Origin: Felis catus
Lineage: Eukaryota
Length of the DNA: 64,000 nucleotides
NCBI RefSeq assembly: GCF_018350175.1
Contig: NC_058368.1
Location: forward strand, 159,838,001 to 159,902,000
Direction: 5' to 3'
Part shown: positions 1-11,980 of the stretch, piece after piece
Numbering within the stretch: the stretch's first letter is position 1
Layout of the letters: each line of letters starts with the position of its first letter
The notes under the pieces: model-generated
Database searches by the model: none
What the model saw: only the letters and a program-made list of their open reading frames with translations
Told to the model about the DNA's origin: nothing
Program-made: the position numbers and the translations under genes

Positions 1-1077
1 CACATTGCATCATCAGAAGGTCTTTTAACAGCACAGAAATGGTAAGTCGATTTTACTAAAAAGTGATTTCTTGTGCCTTTTCTATTCCCATCTTTGGTTT
101 ATTTTGGTTGGTATGAGAAAAAAAAAGGAAGATTAAAGTGAGGTAAGAGAAAAAAAAGTCGTGGAGCATTGAACAAGATAGAATTTTGGGAGAAAAAAAG
201 CCATGTCCTTTTACTAATGGAACATCCAAGGTCCAATCAGAAATATAATCAGTTTTAGCTTGTATGAATGGGACCATGGGCAGGGGTGACTAATACAAAT
301 GAAAGCAACCAAATTAGATAAGTTCAAAATATTTTTCCACCACTATTGTTTAAAGAACTTTTTTCCCCCAGTGAAGGTATACTAAAGAGTTTTCTTTAGT
401 GGATGATTTTTTAAAGTGTGCATTGCTATGAAAGCTAAGTAATTCTGAAATTTTTATGAAATTGAAGAAGCAAGAGATTTTTAGGTCAAGAATTAATACT
501 TCATTATGAAATTTCACCCTCTTTTGTTTTGGTTTCAGAAAAGATTCCACAGAAAACAAACAGCTAAGGTTGCCCAGAGGGAGAACTAAGGCTCCGTGTT
601 CCAAAGTGGGTAGTGAATCGAAAATCCTGGAAAGTATCATGAAGCTAGAGAAAAGGTATTGATTTAATGAACGCATGTACATGATGATTGACAAGTTAGC
701 ATCCAGGTTCACTGCCCAATATTTATGGGAAGGAGTGGGGAGAAGGGGATTCTGGCAGCTTGTGCCTACTATTTCTGTAATGTCCAAAACAACCTTAGCA
801 AGGGAGTGAGCAAGGACTGGGTCTGCATTAGGAAACATTCTCTGGGTTCGTGAGGCTTGCTTTGAACTCTTTTTCACCACTATGTGTCAGCTTGTCTTTG
901 TGTTGGTGGAAGGAAAAGGAAAAAGAAAAACATAAGACTGGCCTTTAGGTTCTAAATCAAAGCTCTATGCTGCTGATTGTTGGTGTGGCTTTTCAAAGGC
1001 AAAGCGAGTGGGGGACATTAAAATTCCTTGTTTCTATGGACCAGGAGCTGAGATGCTTTTTAGTTTTTTGGTTTGGG

Positions 1078-1078
<1 letters not shown>

Positions 1079-1111
<33 letters not shown>
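1079..1111. repeat. (TTA)n microsatellite
   Basis: Direct reading. Confidence 0.95.
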
Positions 1112-1112
<1 letters not shown>

Positions 1113-1957
1113 TAAGTAGCGAGGATTTTTCAATGTATCTTACATTTACCTTAAAATATCCCTAATATTTGTTTTTCAATTTGATTGGCACTTTGACAGG
1201 AAAAAGCAAGGTGAGAAAACTCTTTAAAAGGGAACCTAAACAGAGTGTGAGGAGGCTTCCCTTGTCACGTGATTTAAGAACCAGAGGGACCATTGCCCCT
1301 AACACAGTTTCTTGATAGTGACCCCAAGGTTCAAAGACATTAGATCAGTCGCCCAAGACTCCCACTCAGAAAGTCATGACAGGACCCTCCTCCTTGGATT
1401 TTCACTCTGTCCTCTTTATACTGCCCTATGCTGCCTCTAGCGTTAGATCAGGAAACTTTAAGGGATATTGAGGACAGGAGAATAGAAGAAAGCTGGAGAG
1501 GGTCAAAGGTACTTAAGTGATTTACCTAAGTCAAGATGCTTGAACTTTTGCCTGGACAAGAAGAGGCAGCCTGCTCGTGCCAGGCAGTGAACGCACAGAG
1601 CAATAGCTAGCGCTGAATACCTCTGATGCTCATTTTCAACATTGGAAGATCAGCCTAGGGAAAGAAAGCTAATCGCTTCCCTCTTGCCCTCCACACCTTC
1701 TACTGGGATTCAAGTAACTGTCCTTCCTCAAACATCTTTGTGGGCTTGTTCTCTATAACACACGTCCTCACCTGTGTCTTAGGTGCCTCTTTAAATTCTC
1801 CGTCCCCTCACAATTCGCAAATCATTATCCTGGGCATTCGTAAGCTGTAAACTTTGCCACTTTGGCACCTCAGGTGGACAGGAAAGATCTCTAGATTCCT
1901 TATTTCAGCGAAAGTCCAGAGGGCCGTTCCTGCCACTACCCCAACGCCTTACACCAA

Positions 1958-3950
1958 CCCCCGCCCCCGCCCCCGCCCCCACACATACCCACTATTTATA
2001 CACGCTAGGAAGACCCTCAGAGATCATTTATGGAGAAGAAGGGGTGCATTTTTGTGGCTGCTGGTGCACAGTTACCGAAAATCCTGGAAAGGCGGGCGCG
2101 GGACCGCATCCGTGCCTGTGCCGAGGCGCGGAGCGGGAACAGCCTGCACGTGTCCGCTGCCGCCCGGCCCCGAGACGGCTGGCACGATCGCCAACCGGGA
2201 ATCGGTTGGTGCCGAGGGTGGGCAAAGGCAACACGACCCGGTGGAGGGCGGCGCGGAGGGTGGCGCTGGCGGCATGAAAGGCGTCTTTGTGCGGGACTTG
2301 GGGTGAGGAGGCGGTGAGAATGGCGAGAGCTGAGCCCGGACCTGGAGGCTGGGGCTCGGGGACGCCGCCACCCGCCACTCCTCAGCCGCGCTGGAAAGAT
2401 CCGGGTAGTGCCGGCAGGGGGCGATGTGACGCCGGAGGGGGTGAGGTGAGGGCCCCCGGGTTTGGTCTTCTTTGAGACCTGAGGGGAGAGAGAGACGCTT
2501 GGAGAAAGCGGGACGGAATTGAGAGATTTGTCTCCCCGCCCCCTCCCCTAGGTGGCGGAGAGATCGCGCTGGCTGGGAGGGTGCAGCCCCTCTCCGGGCG
2601 CTGCCCCTCTCCGGGCGCTCACTCCGCAGTCTAGGAGGCGAGAGAGCGGCCCCCGAGGCGGAGCCTCCCTCCTGCCCCCGGGTATCGCTGCCCCCACCTG
2701 GGGGGGGAGAGGCGAGCGCCGCGCTGCCCTCCCTCTGCGCCCCCGCCGCGTGGCTTGCGGCTTATTTTCCCAGCTGGCAAGCGTCGCGCTGCAGACAAGG
2801 GAATGCCTGTGGTGAGTTGTTTATTTTGTCGAAGTTTGCGGTGGGCCAGGGGGACGTGGGGGGCGAGCGGCAGGCAGCAGCCGGGACTATTTTGTTTAGG
2901 TCTTGCTCCACCTGTGTGGTATAAATCTGCCAGCCTCAGGGCGGCAGGGGGCCAGGGTGAGAAAACCCCAGGGCTCCAAAAGGCCTCTTTTTGCCACTTG
3001 CAGACCCAGAACTACATTTGATTTTCCACTCCTGGAATCGGCTAGATCCTAGCTTACACTACGCCCCATACCTCTAATCACTGCTTCACGTACCCGCTGC
3101 GGACAGGGCTTGCGCTGTAAAGGACGGTCAGCGCCCATGGCCCAGGGACAGCTGGCCGTAGAAGTTCTTCCCGGGTACCCTTCCCCATTTCTTGAGGATA
3201 GGAGAGCTGTTTGATAGGAGGGGCGCTCTTCAAACTAGTGGGAACTTGTTTGGGCTACTTATGGCACGAAGTCCGTTCAGGCGTGTCGGGTCTACTAGTA
3301 CCGCAAACAGATCCAGGTTGGCCAGAGTTTCCCAGACTTGAGGCTGGGGGTCGGTAAGCGCTTGGCTCCCAGGGGAGCCCAGAGGAATCCCCCAGGGCTG
3401 ATGATGACAGTCACCACCGCGGCTGCGTTTGCCTGGAAGAAAAGCCTAAATACATTAGCGAGCTGGTAAAGCTTTTAAGGCCTTCTCCGGAGTGAGTGGC
3501 TGGCTAATGAGAGGTTAATTTTGTTTGGAAGGGAAGGCTGCGCTGGTTTCCTGAGATAAATGGACAGGAAGCGCATTACCTCCGCGCGCTGGCAAGCGGC
3601 TACCAAATGCTTTTTGCACCTGCCGCTTTGAGCGGTGCGATCCGCTGCAGAGCCCGCAGGGATCGTGGGGGCCGGTTGTGTACGCTCGGGTGATGAGCCC
3701 CACTCAGGCCCCGGGCCCTCTCCTTCCGGGGGCGCAGCGCTCACGCCAGGCTCTGGGGTCTTCTCTCACACCCAGGTCCTGCGTGCTCAGGAGCTCAGGG
3801 GCCCCCTGATCCCGCCAAGCCCCCTCCAGGAGCGGAAGGGTTAAGAATGATGTAAGTACAATCCACTAGCTGCTTTCTGCTGGGCTGTGGGACTCAGGGC
3901 TATTTTAGCCCCGGCTTTGCGTCCACCCCGGACTGGGGAGCAGCGAGGGG
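1958..3950. promoter_or_regulatory. CpG island 1, probable distal RGMB promoter and upstream exon region
   Basis: Abrupt rise in GC and CpG density; tandem GC boxes (CCCCCG)n at 1958-1980; candidate donors G|GTGAGT (GT at 2812) and CG|GTAAGC (GT at 3354). Boundaries approximate. Confidence 0.8.
3776..3851 (+). CDS. RGMB: RGMB alternative upstream exon, mostly 5'UTR, ending in ATG AT (start of the long isoform)
   Basis: Acceptor ttctctcacacccag|G; ATG at 3847 with A at -3; donor ATGAT|GTAAGT. Splicing to 7063 gives MMRKKRKR..., matching the MIRKKRKR start I recall for the long human RGMB isoform. Confidence 0.7.
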
Positions 3951-6900
3951 GCCTTTACTCTAGAATGGGTTGAACAAATCGCTACCCTGGTAGCTCCTCT
4001 GTCCTAGGTGATCTGTTAAGCAGAGAGACCCTCATGTTAGATTTATGGAAATGGAGATATATTAATGGGAATAGTTAAGACATCATGTATGGGTTCAGGA
4101 AAATAAACCTGTAATGCTTATTTAGAACCCATTAATGTTGCTGGCATGTGTTTTAATTCTGTCCATTCGCACGTTCATACCATGGGATGTTTTGCTGTGA
4201 CCCCTAATTGTGCTGTTCTGGTCTCATCTTTTCTTCCTGAAAAAGATGAAGGGAGAAAGACTAGAGATGGCAAGGAATAGGGTGCGTTTGTGAGTTGTGC
4301 GAGCTGTCACTTCACGATTTTTTTTTCCTGATTAAAATGTAAAACTTTTATAAGTCATTGATTTTACGGGGGGGGGGGGATAACCAGATTTTTCTTTGTG
4401 TAATCTTAAAATTCTCCTAACTTGCAGCATTCGAGCTGGAGGAGTGGATGCGCTATAAGCGACCATTCACCACGCTCTTACTTTCCAAGCAATTCGGGGG
4501 ATCTTGCTAACCAGAGTCCTAATTAACCCTGCGAGTGTGTCAACTGACCTTAAGTCTTGAAAACAGGAACCATCTTGCGGTTTAATTGTGAAAATTAACA
4601 TTTTACTCTAGCCGGCTGAACACTTATGTGGTAATAAAAAATGAATTGTTAGGCGTATAAATCTTGAGCTTGTCAAATTTTACAACAGATGAGCAATAAA
4701 GCACCTTAGAAAAAATGAAGTTTTCCCTCTAAAGAACAGTTCCATTCCGATGCCGAATTTGTGGTGACTCGAGGACGCCCTCTGTTGATAAGATAGTTTA
4801 GAGCAGTGTGTGTCTAAGGAACAGGATATGGAGGTGGGGAAAGGGGAGGCTGGGGGCAGGGTGGAATCATAGCAAGTAATGACAGCGAAAAGACCCCAAC
4901 TAAACTTAATTTGATCCCTAAATTTTGGTTATGTGTTCTGAAGTATGGTGAATAAATTGCCATGCTTTTTTCATAAAGGTCAAATTAAATCTTGGGTTAA
5001 GGGAAAAGAACCATCTTACTGTTAGTAGTCTTTGTTGGCAACATACTTTGCAAAGCTGTTCACATTTGATTACTTTAAAAAAAAAAAAGATGTTGACCAG
5101 TATTTCATTAACTTTAGTTCTTTGATTTATGTAGTAATTGCAAGGGAGTAAATTTTTAGTCCCATAGTATTTACTCCATAATATTATCTAAAAATCGTAT
5201 CAGATAACTCCTCCTGCAAAAAAAGTCATTTCTCCAGGCCACTCTGAAGCTATTATTAAGCATATTATGGATATACACAAGGCTTGGATTATATCTTGGG
5301 CAGTGAAAGGTGTGTTTACCACTTGAGTCATCATAGTATGTAATAAGTAAGTAATGAAAAGTTACAGTAAAAATAGATAGGCATTCTTCTTTAGGGACCT
5401 AGTGGTTTGTACAGTTCATAATGTGTCTAATGAGTAAGCCGGAGTGATATAAGGTTTGCCCTCAATTATCCTAGTCCATTGATTAGCACATTGTAACATG
5501 TGGAATATTAACGTGTCCGTGGTTGATACGAAATTACCAATTAGAGATTATGAGTAGCGAGCGGGTAGAATTGCAAGCTACAATTTGACTATAAGTGAAT
5601 TTAAAATGGCAGCCCTGAGCCCTTTGGAGGAAAGGCAAAGGCAAGGGCAGTCGAAGTAACTCCGAGCCTTTGAAGCCATCTTTTAGATTAGATACCACTT
5701 CACACCTACTGATAACAGATTGGAACCTATCATCAACCTCACAACATGCTTTCCTGTGTCTCCACTTGCCAACCTCTTTTGTGGCACACAGTTGGGGTTT
5801 CTTCCTCATTTTTGGATCCATCCAAGTGGCAAAAGTAGAAACCGATCTGCCATTAAATTAATATACTAAGACCACGAAAATTTGTGGAAAAGCCACCGAG
5901 CAACAAGAAATGATGGCATAATTACTCTACACTGCATTAAAAACTCACTATCCTCATTAATCTAATTACACTGTAACAGAACACGTTGAAGTTCGCCCAC
6001 TCTCAGACTCCTCCCCGCTGCTTTCAGGAAGGGAAATGTCAGAGGAACAATAACGCCAGAGCCTCGAACAGCTGCTAGCGAATTCCACCGGGAGCTGGTG
6101 GGTACCTTCCCAGCCCATCCGATCTGTTCCGGACCGCAAGTTACAATCGGATTTCCAACGCGGTGGGGTGCTAGTTTTACCAAACGTCCGGAAAGGGCTC
6201 GGAACACGGTTCCGCAGAGGTGATTGGCTGCGAAGAGACCTGCCGCCAGGCGCCTGGTAAAAGCGCCCACTTCCTCTCAGGAGCAGGAGCTGGAGCGGGA
6301 GTGACAGAGTGGGGGTGACTTAAAACACATACGCACACAACACCTTAAAGGGAAGCCGAACCCAATCACATTAATTAAAAGGGAAGTCAAAGGCCGCTTC
6401 CTTTGTAACGCCGGCAAGAGGGAGTAGCCGTTGCCAATTTCTGTAGGACAGGAGGAAACAGTAAATCGCGGAAAGGGGTGAAGGGAATAGAAGAGGAGGG
6501 AGCGCGAAGGAGGTTGGGCCCGGGCGCGACGGACAGGACTCTCAACAGGCGGACGCGGAACTCAAATTACAATGAGCAATCTGAGGGTGGGAGCAGGAGC
6601 AGGGGCGGGCGCTTTGTCCCCTGCGAGTGGCCAGCTGAGCCCAGTGGACCAGCGCTTGCAGCCAATGGGGCGAGAGGGAGGGGCTAGGTCGGGGGTGGAG
6701 ACGACGCGGATTGGCGTGCGTGAGGAGGGCGGGGCGGCAGTGCAAGGCTGAGATTGATTGACCGCGGGGTCGCGGCACAGAGATATCCGGGCTGCAGGCG
6801 GCTGCTCGCTAGGGCTGGGCGCGCCTCCAGTGGGTCCACGCCCGCTGAACCCACGCTGGCCGGGACCAGGGCGCCCGCGCTTTGGGGGCCGGGCTCGGCA

Positions 6901-7062
6901 CTAAGCTCACCGTCTTTGTGTCTTTTCTCCCGCCCCCTCTGCCCCGCCTGCCGCCGCGATGCCGCTGCGCCCCGTTGCCGCCGCCGCCGCCGCCTCGCTC
7001 CGCCCGCGGCGCGCTTTTCGCTGCGGCGGTGGCGGCGGCCCGTATCCGACGCGGGCCTGAAG

Positions 7063-7180
7063 GAGGAAGAAGAGAAAGCGAGGCACGTCCCCCGGTCCAT
7101 GCCGCAGCCACGGCCCCGAACCCGCCACGGCGCCCGTGCCGCCGCCCTCGCCGGAGCCCACGAGACCTGCATGGACGGGC
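7063..7180 (+). CDS. RGMB: RGMB long-isoform N-terminal extension (RKKRKRGTSPGPCRSHGPEPATAPVPPPSPEPTRPAWTG)
   Basis: Open and in frame with ATG 7181 (7181-7064=117 nt); preceded by in-frame TGA 7058-7060 and acceptor AG 7061-7062; total extension 41 aa. Confidence 0.65.
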
Positions 7181-7328
7181 ATGGGCTTGAGAGCAGCACC
7201 TTCCTGCGCCGCCGCCGCCGCCTCCGCCGCTGCCGCCGGGGCTGAGCAGCGCCACCGCCCCCAGCTCTGCCCGCCGCCCCTGGCGTTGCTGCTGCTGCTG
7301 CTGCTCAGCCTCGGGCTGCTCCACGCAG
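7181..7328 (+). CDS. RGMB: RGMB coding exon: start codon and signal peptide (MGLRAAPS...LLLLLLLSLGLLHA, 49 aa plus 1 nt)
   Basis: Strong Kozak ggcATGG; poly-Leu hydrophobic core; donor CAG|GTATGA in phase 1, matching the next exon. Confidence 0.95.
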
Positions 7329-10300
7329 GTATGAGGCGCGCGCGCGAGGGTAACCAGCTGCAGGTCCAAGTGCTTTGTTCCCAAACACTCCGGCTCCCGA
7401 AGGCACACGTTGGGGCAGAAGGGCGGCGTGGCGTGGTGAGACGGTAGAGGCCTCATGGGCTCCAGCCCTGCACCTCTGCCGGGCTCACGGCGCAGCGGCA
7501 GGAACGCACCCGCAGGTCGTGCGGCGCGCCCAGGGCGCAGAGGAGAGGCCTCCTCCCCCTCCCTCTCGCGTTTCCCCGCCTTCGGCTCGGACCGTTGATA
7601 AATCTTCCCAACAGTCGTTTATCGAAGATTTAGCGGGCGGGGGCGGTGGGGGCTGCGCCCCCGAGACAAACGTTCCGGATGCTTTATTGCTCGCTGCATT
7701 GGTGTTTACTGAAAGTCAGGCTGGGATCAGGTTTCCACCGCCGCCGCCCCCTTCGAAGCGAGACAAGGAGCCTTGTGCTGCTTCTCTGGAGTTGGGGGTG
7801 GCGACGAGGGGAAGAAATCGCACCAGATGTAAAGATTTTCACCGGAATTTGAAAACCTGGGGGGTTAATCTCGAAGTAACTTAAACGTCTTTAAACAGGG
7901 ATTTCTTCGTATTTGCCAAAACTGCTTTTAGTTCAGCTTTCAACCTCTGTGGAAAAACTGGTGCTTTGTGGTTAAGCCGCGTGTTTTCGGGTTCCCGGAG
8001 GGGTTGACACATCTCCCTGCTTTCTGGAGGTCGGCGCTTCCCCTGTGGAAGCGGAGTGAGTTCTCTGTCCTTAGCCAGGTAGACCTACAGATGAGCCTTC
8101 TAGCAGGTGATAGTTATTTTTGTTGTGAAATAAGTTTCACTAATACAGTGTTATGTCGTTTGTATCTCAAGGGAGGGGGTATCTAGGATGCTCTTTATAA
8201 ATAAGTGCTACGTCTAGGAGTTTATCTAAAAAATTTCTTTAGTGCCAAATTGATGCTAAATTCTCTTAATTGGAGAACTAGAGCATTAGATGAGTTTTCC
8301 TTTGAGATCTTTTTGTCCTGTATTTTATGACAGCAGTCTCAACGCTGTGATCTGGAGAATCGTGAACTGTAATGCCACCCAACTGTGTGGAGTAGTATTT
8401 ATTTATTAAGTCATACCAGCCTTTCTAAAAATCTGGGAGGTCTTTTAAGTAATGGAAAAAAAAAATGTGGCATTTGAGGAGACTTAATTTACTTTTGGTA
8501 ACTTTGCATTGTGATGGAACAGCTGCATTTTAACACTCACTTGGGGAAACATAGAGTGTAATAGTAAGTTTTACAATGATTAAGGCTTTAAATGACTGAC
8601 TTTAGAACCTTAGAAAATAATGTCAATCTGCTTATGGTTCCAAGAAAATTTTCATGATGTGTCAAAAGTTACATTCATAAGTGTTTTGTGTGAAGAATAT
8701 ATGTTCATAATGTCAAAGTGTAGGTTTCTTGAAATGGAAATTGAAGTACTGGGTAGGACTGTGTGTCCCTCTTGACTGCTTGGAATATTGTTTCCCTTAG
8801 TTGCCAGAGAGTTCTATTACAGAACTGGAATGTGGTCCTTGAAGATTTTTCTGGCCAATAATGAAAGCCCTAAGAAGTTGTTTTAATGTTTTTGAAAATT
8901 AAGGTGCCTTATTTCAAAAACTTGGAATGTGAAACTCCTCTCAGTATCTTAATGTGCCCTCACTTGAAGTCACTGTTATATTCTACCTAGAGTTTCTGTG
9001 GTGAGTGATATCTCTGGACAACTTGTTGGGGTTGGGTGATTAATTTGGTTATCGAAGAAAGGGCTCCTTTTGAGACATAGCTTTGAAGCATTTTTCTCTT
9101 GATCATACAAGGATTGTTTCTCAGAGAAGGGAGCCTAGCCGAGTGCTCTTTGCAGATGGGCTACCATATGTTTTATGCCTGGATCCATATAATTTGCCAC
9201 AGCACCCCATATGTCCCTGCATTTTACTCAATTCAGCTTCAACATATCTTATTTCTTTTATTATAAACTGGTGATTGTGTGGCAAGTTCACACGTGCAGT
9301 CCTGGCATCAAGGAAATGGGTCTTGAATGGTGAAGTCTTTGAATCATTAACCAGAGCTGTAGACCCACAAATCCTTTAGCACTTTCATTAACTGGAATGA
9401 AAATAGTACCACACCAATCATAGATGACCTGACTCCAAAAATGAAGAGATCTGTAACTGCAGGTTTTGATTTCTGCCCTTAGGAAATGAAAAAAGAACTT
9501 TTATACTTTGCTCCCTACCTCCCCCCCCATCCCCCACTTTTAGCAAATCTCTACAATTCCTGAATGGAGATCCAATATGGGAGTTACTTGCTTACTCATA
9601 CACTTCATGGCCTTGTTGGCTACATCCTTGAGATTGTTTCTGCTCTGCATTTTCTTGGCATTTTGACAGGAAGCTTACTTTACCTCCTATAACAGGCAAA
9701 GTGTGCACTGTCATTATAAATTCATGAAGCCTGGATATTTCTGGGTGTATGCTGCAAATTAGTCATTATATGGGAGCCTGCAGTGGGGCTGAAACTGCTG
9801 ACCCAGATGCACTCTCTAGTTAGCCCTCCTCTTTCCCATCATCTCTATTTGAAAGGCTGTTAGAAACCTCATCCCAAACAAAAGAACCCAAGGAGTTCTG
9901 TTTTATGTGTCATTTCTCAAAAGAATCAGCACCTGCCTGCTATAAAAAAGGGAAGGGGGGGAGGGCGGCCTGCGGGAGGAAGGAAGAAGGAGGTGGGAAT
10001 CTAAATTCTTTTCTGAACAGTTGCATTTGCATTTCATGCTCTTACTTTGGAATATTTTATGACTATTTGAAATAATTATAAGTAAATGTATGCTCGGATA
10101 GATTTTATAGGCCATAAAAAGAACAAATAGGCACTGGAAGTTTAGCGGAAAGTTCTTGTGCTGTCATTTACATTGTAGTCCAGGAGCTCTTCATTATTGA
10201 GTGATCTTGGTCCAGCTTTCATTGCCTTGCTTTCTGCTTGCTATGACTCTGATTTAAAAAGAAAAACATAATTGATACAGTAGTTGCTTAAGTCTTTAAG

Positions 10301-11750
10301 CCATCAGCTACTGTTGTGTGAGACTCAGGAATGTGGAGGAGATGTGATATGAGGAAGGAAAACGGGATTTGAGGAAAGGCATTGCGCCCTGGGCTTTGCT
10401 CTACCCATTTGTGATCCAGCCAGGACAAGGCCTGTAGTTTCCCTTTGTCCTGAATTTCCTAACTGTAAAATGGCTTTAATGCTTTTGGGGTTGATTGGGT
10501 TTTTTTGAGTAAAAACAGTTGAAAATGACTTGACTTCATCTATTTTGGAGAGAGGAAATGTATAAATACAGGAGCTTTTTATCAACTCTGGAATGAGTAA
10601 ACATGAAATATGCCAAACACATGAAGGTGTGCTTGTGATTTTTTTTTTTTTTTTGAGTGTGATTTAGTGATAGCTGTAAGTCCATAGCTCCAAAGTATTA
10701 AAATACTGGGTTTTTTTTGTTTTTTTTTTTTTTAATTCAGGTTAAAGTAAATGCCCTATCTAGACTACATTTTTCTCTTCTTGGTCTTTGAAATTTAAAA
10801 ACGGTGGGGAGGTGGCTTGAGAGGTTGTCATCTTGCAGTATTTTCTGCTGAATTCAAGCTAGAAACAGATTACAGGCTGTTTCATTCAGGCTTAAAAGTA
10901 CTTTAATACTGAAAAGATTAAAGTATCTTTCTGGAATGTTACTAGGGTTAGTTTTAAGTCTTCATCAGATGAAGTCCTAAATCTTGATAGTATCCTGAAG
11001 TTTGTGTCCACGTCTTAAAATAATTATATACTTAATGATACTCTTTCCCCCCCCCCCCCACATCTAGAATAGGAATTGTAAAATATTTTATGCCTGTAAA
11101 AGATCACGAAGTTCTTTTTAGAACAGTCTCCTCATTTCTCAGCTGAGGTACCTAAGACTTGAAAGGATTGAAACTTCCTCCAGTGCAACGACCTAAAAAG
11201 AATGTGGAAGTAACACAAAATATGTCTTAGTTAGTTTCTATAAAACTTGAGGTGGATGATTAAGAAAAGTACTTTCCTTTTCAGTAATTGTAGAGTTCCC
11301 ACTTTAAGGACCAGAATATTAAACTGTTTGGCACATACAACTGACCTAGTATTGGCAATTCTTACATATTTTTATGCTTTGAGAGGTTTTTATTTTTTTA
11401 TATGAGAAGCTAGTGGCAAAACATCATTTGAAAACTGTGAAATAGTAGGGCAGTAGTAGGTGGTTTTTCATTACTTCATTTTAACTTTGCTTAAATCATT
11501 AGGTATATTGGAACTGTCGACCTAAGGAAAAAAGTCATTTATATATGTTCTAAGAATTCTGTGTGCTATGTTTCCTTGGTTCTGATAAAACACAGTTGGT
11601 GCAGTCATCTGCCTGTGCAGCATGATTTCAGTGTGGTGTCCTTTTTGATTCAGTGTACCCTTCCTGATGAGCTGCTTGGGATCTGGGATCCAATGGTGAC
11701 GGGTGTTAAGGGAGAAGTAAATCTGCAGCTTGGTTAAACGATCAACTTTA

Positions 11751-11980
11751 TTTGTTTATTTATTTTAACATTTATTCATTTTTGAGAGAGAGAGACAGCA
11801 CGAGTGGGGGAGGAGCAGAGAAGAAAGGGAGACACAGAATCCAAAGCAGGCTCCAGGCTCTGAGCTGTCAGCACAGAGCCCGATGCAGGGCTCAAACTCA
11901 GGGGCTAGAACTCCCTGACCGTGAGATCATGACCTGAGCCAAAGTCGAATGCTCAACTGACTGAGTCACTCTGGTGCCCC
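11751..11980 (-). mobile_element. Carnivore tRNA-derived SINE (SINEC), antisense, in RGMB intron
   Basis: Reverse complement of the ggggcacc head, (CT)n and A-rich tail; actttat repeated on both flanks. Confidence 0.92.

Larger units (their letters stand above)
5980..8060. promoter_or_regulatory. CpG island 2, proximal RGMB promoter
   Basis: Very high CpG density; CCAAT at 6362 and 6662, ATTGG at 6223 and 6710; GC boxes at 6602-6609 and 6727-6737; no obvious TATA box; covers the first main coding exon. Boundaries approximate. Confidence 0.9.

Noticed and set aside
350..880. 176-aa minus-strand ORF
   Set aside because: Starts at GTG, has no recognisable domain or splice context; plausible chance ORF.
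1854..3844. Many overlapping Arg/Pro/Gly-rich ORFs in CpG island 1
   Set aside because: Expected from stop-codon scarcity in GC-rich DNA; no family resemblance.
6684..7884. Long antisense and alternative-frame ORFs (171, 215, 163, 169 aa)
   Set aside because: GC-rich shadows of the RGMB exon and island; only the AUG-initiated uORFs were kept as findings.
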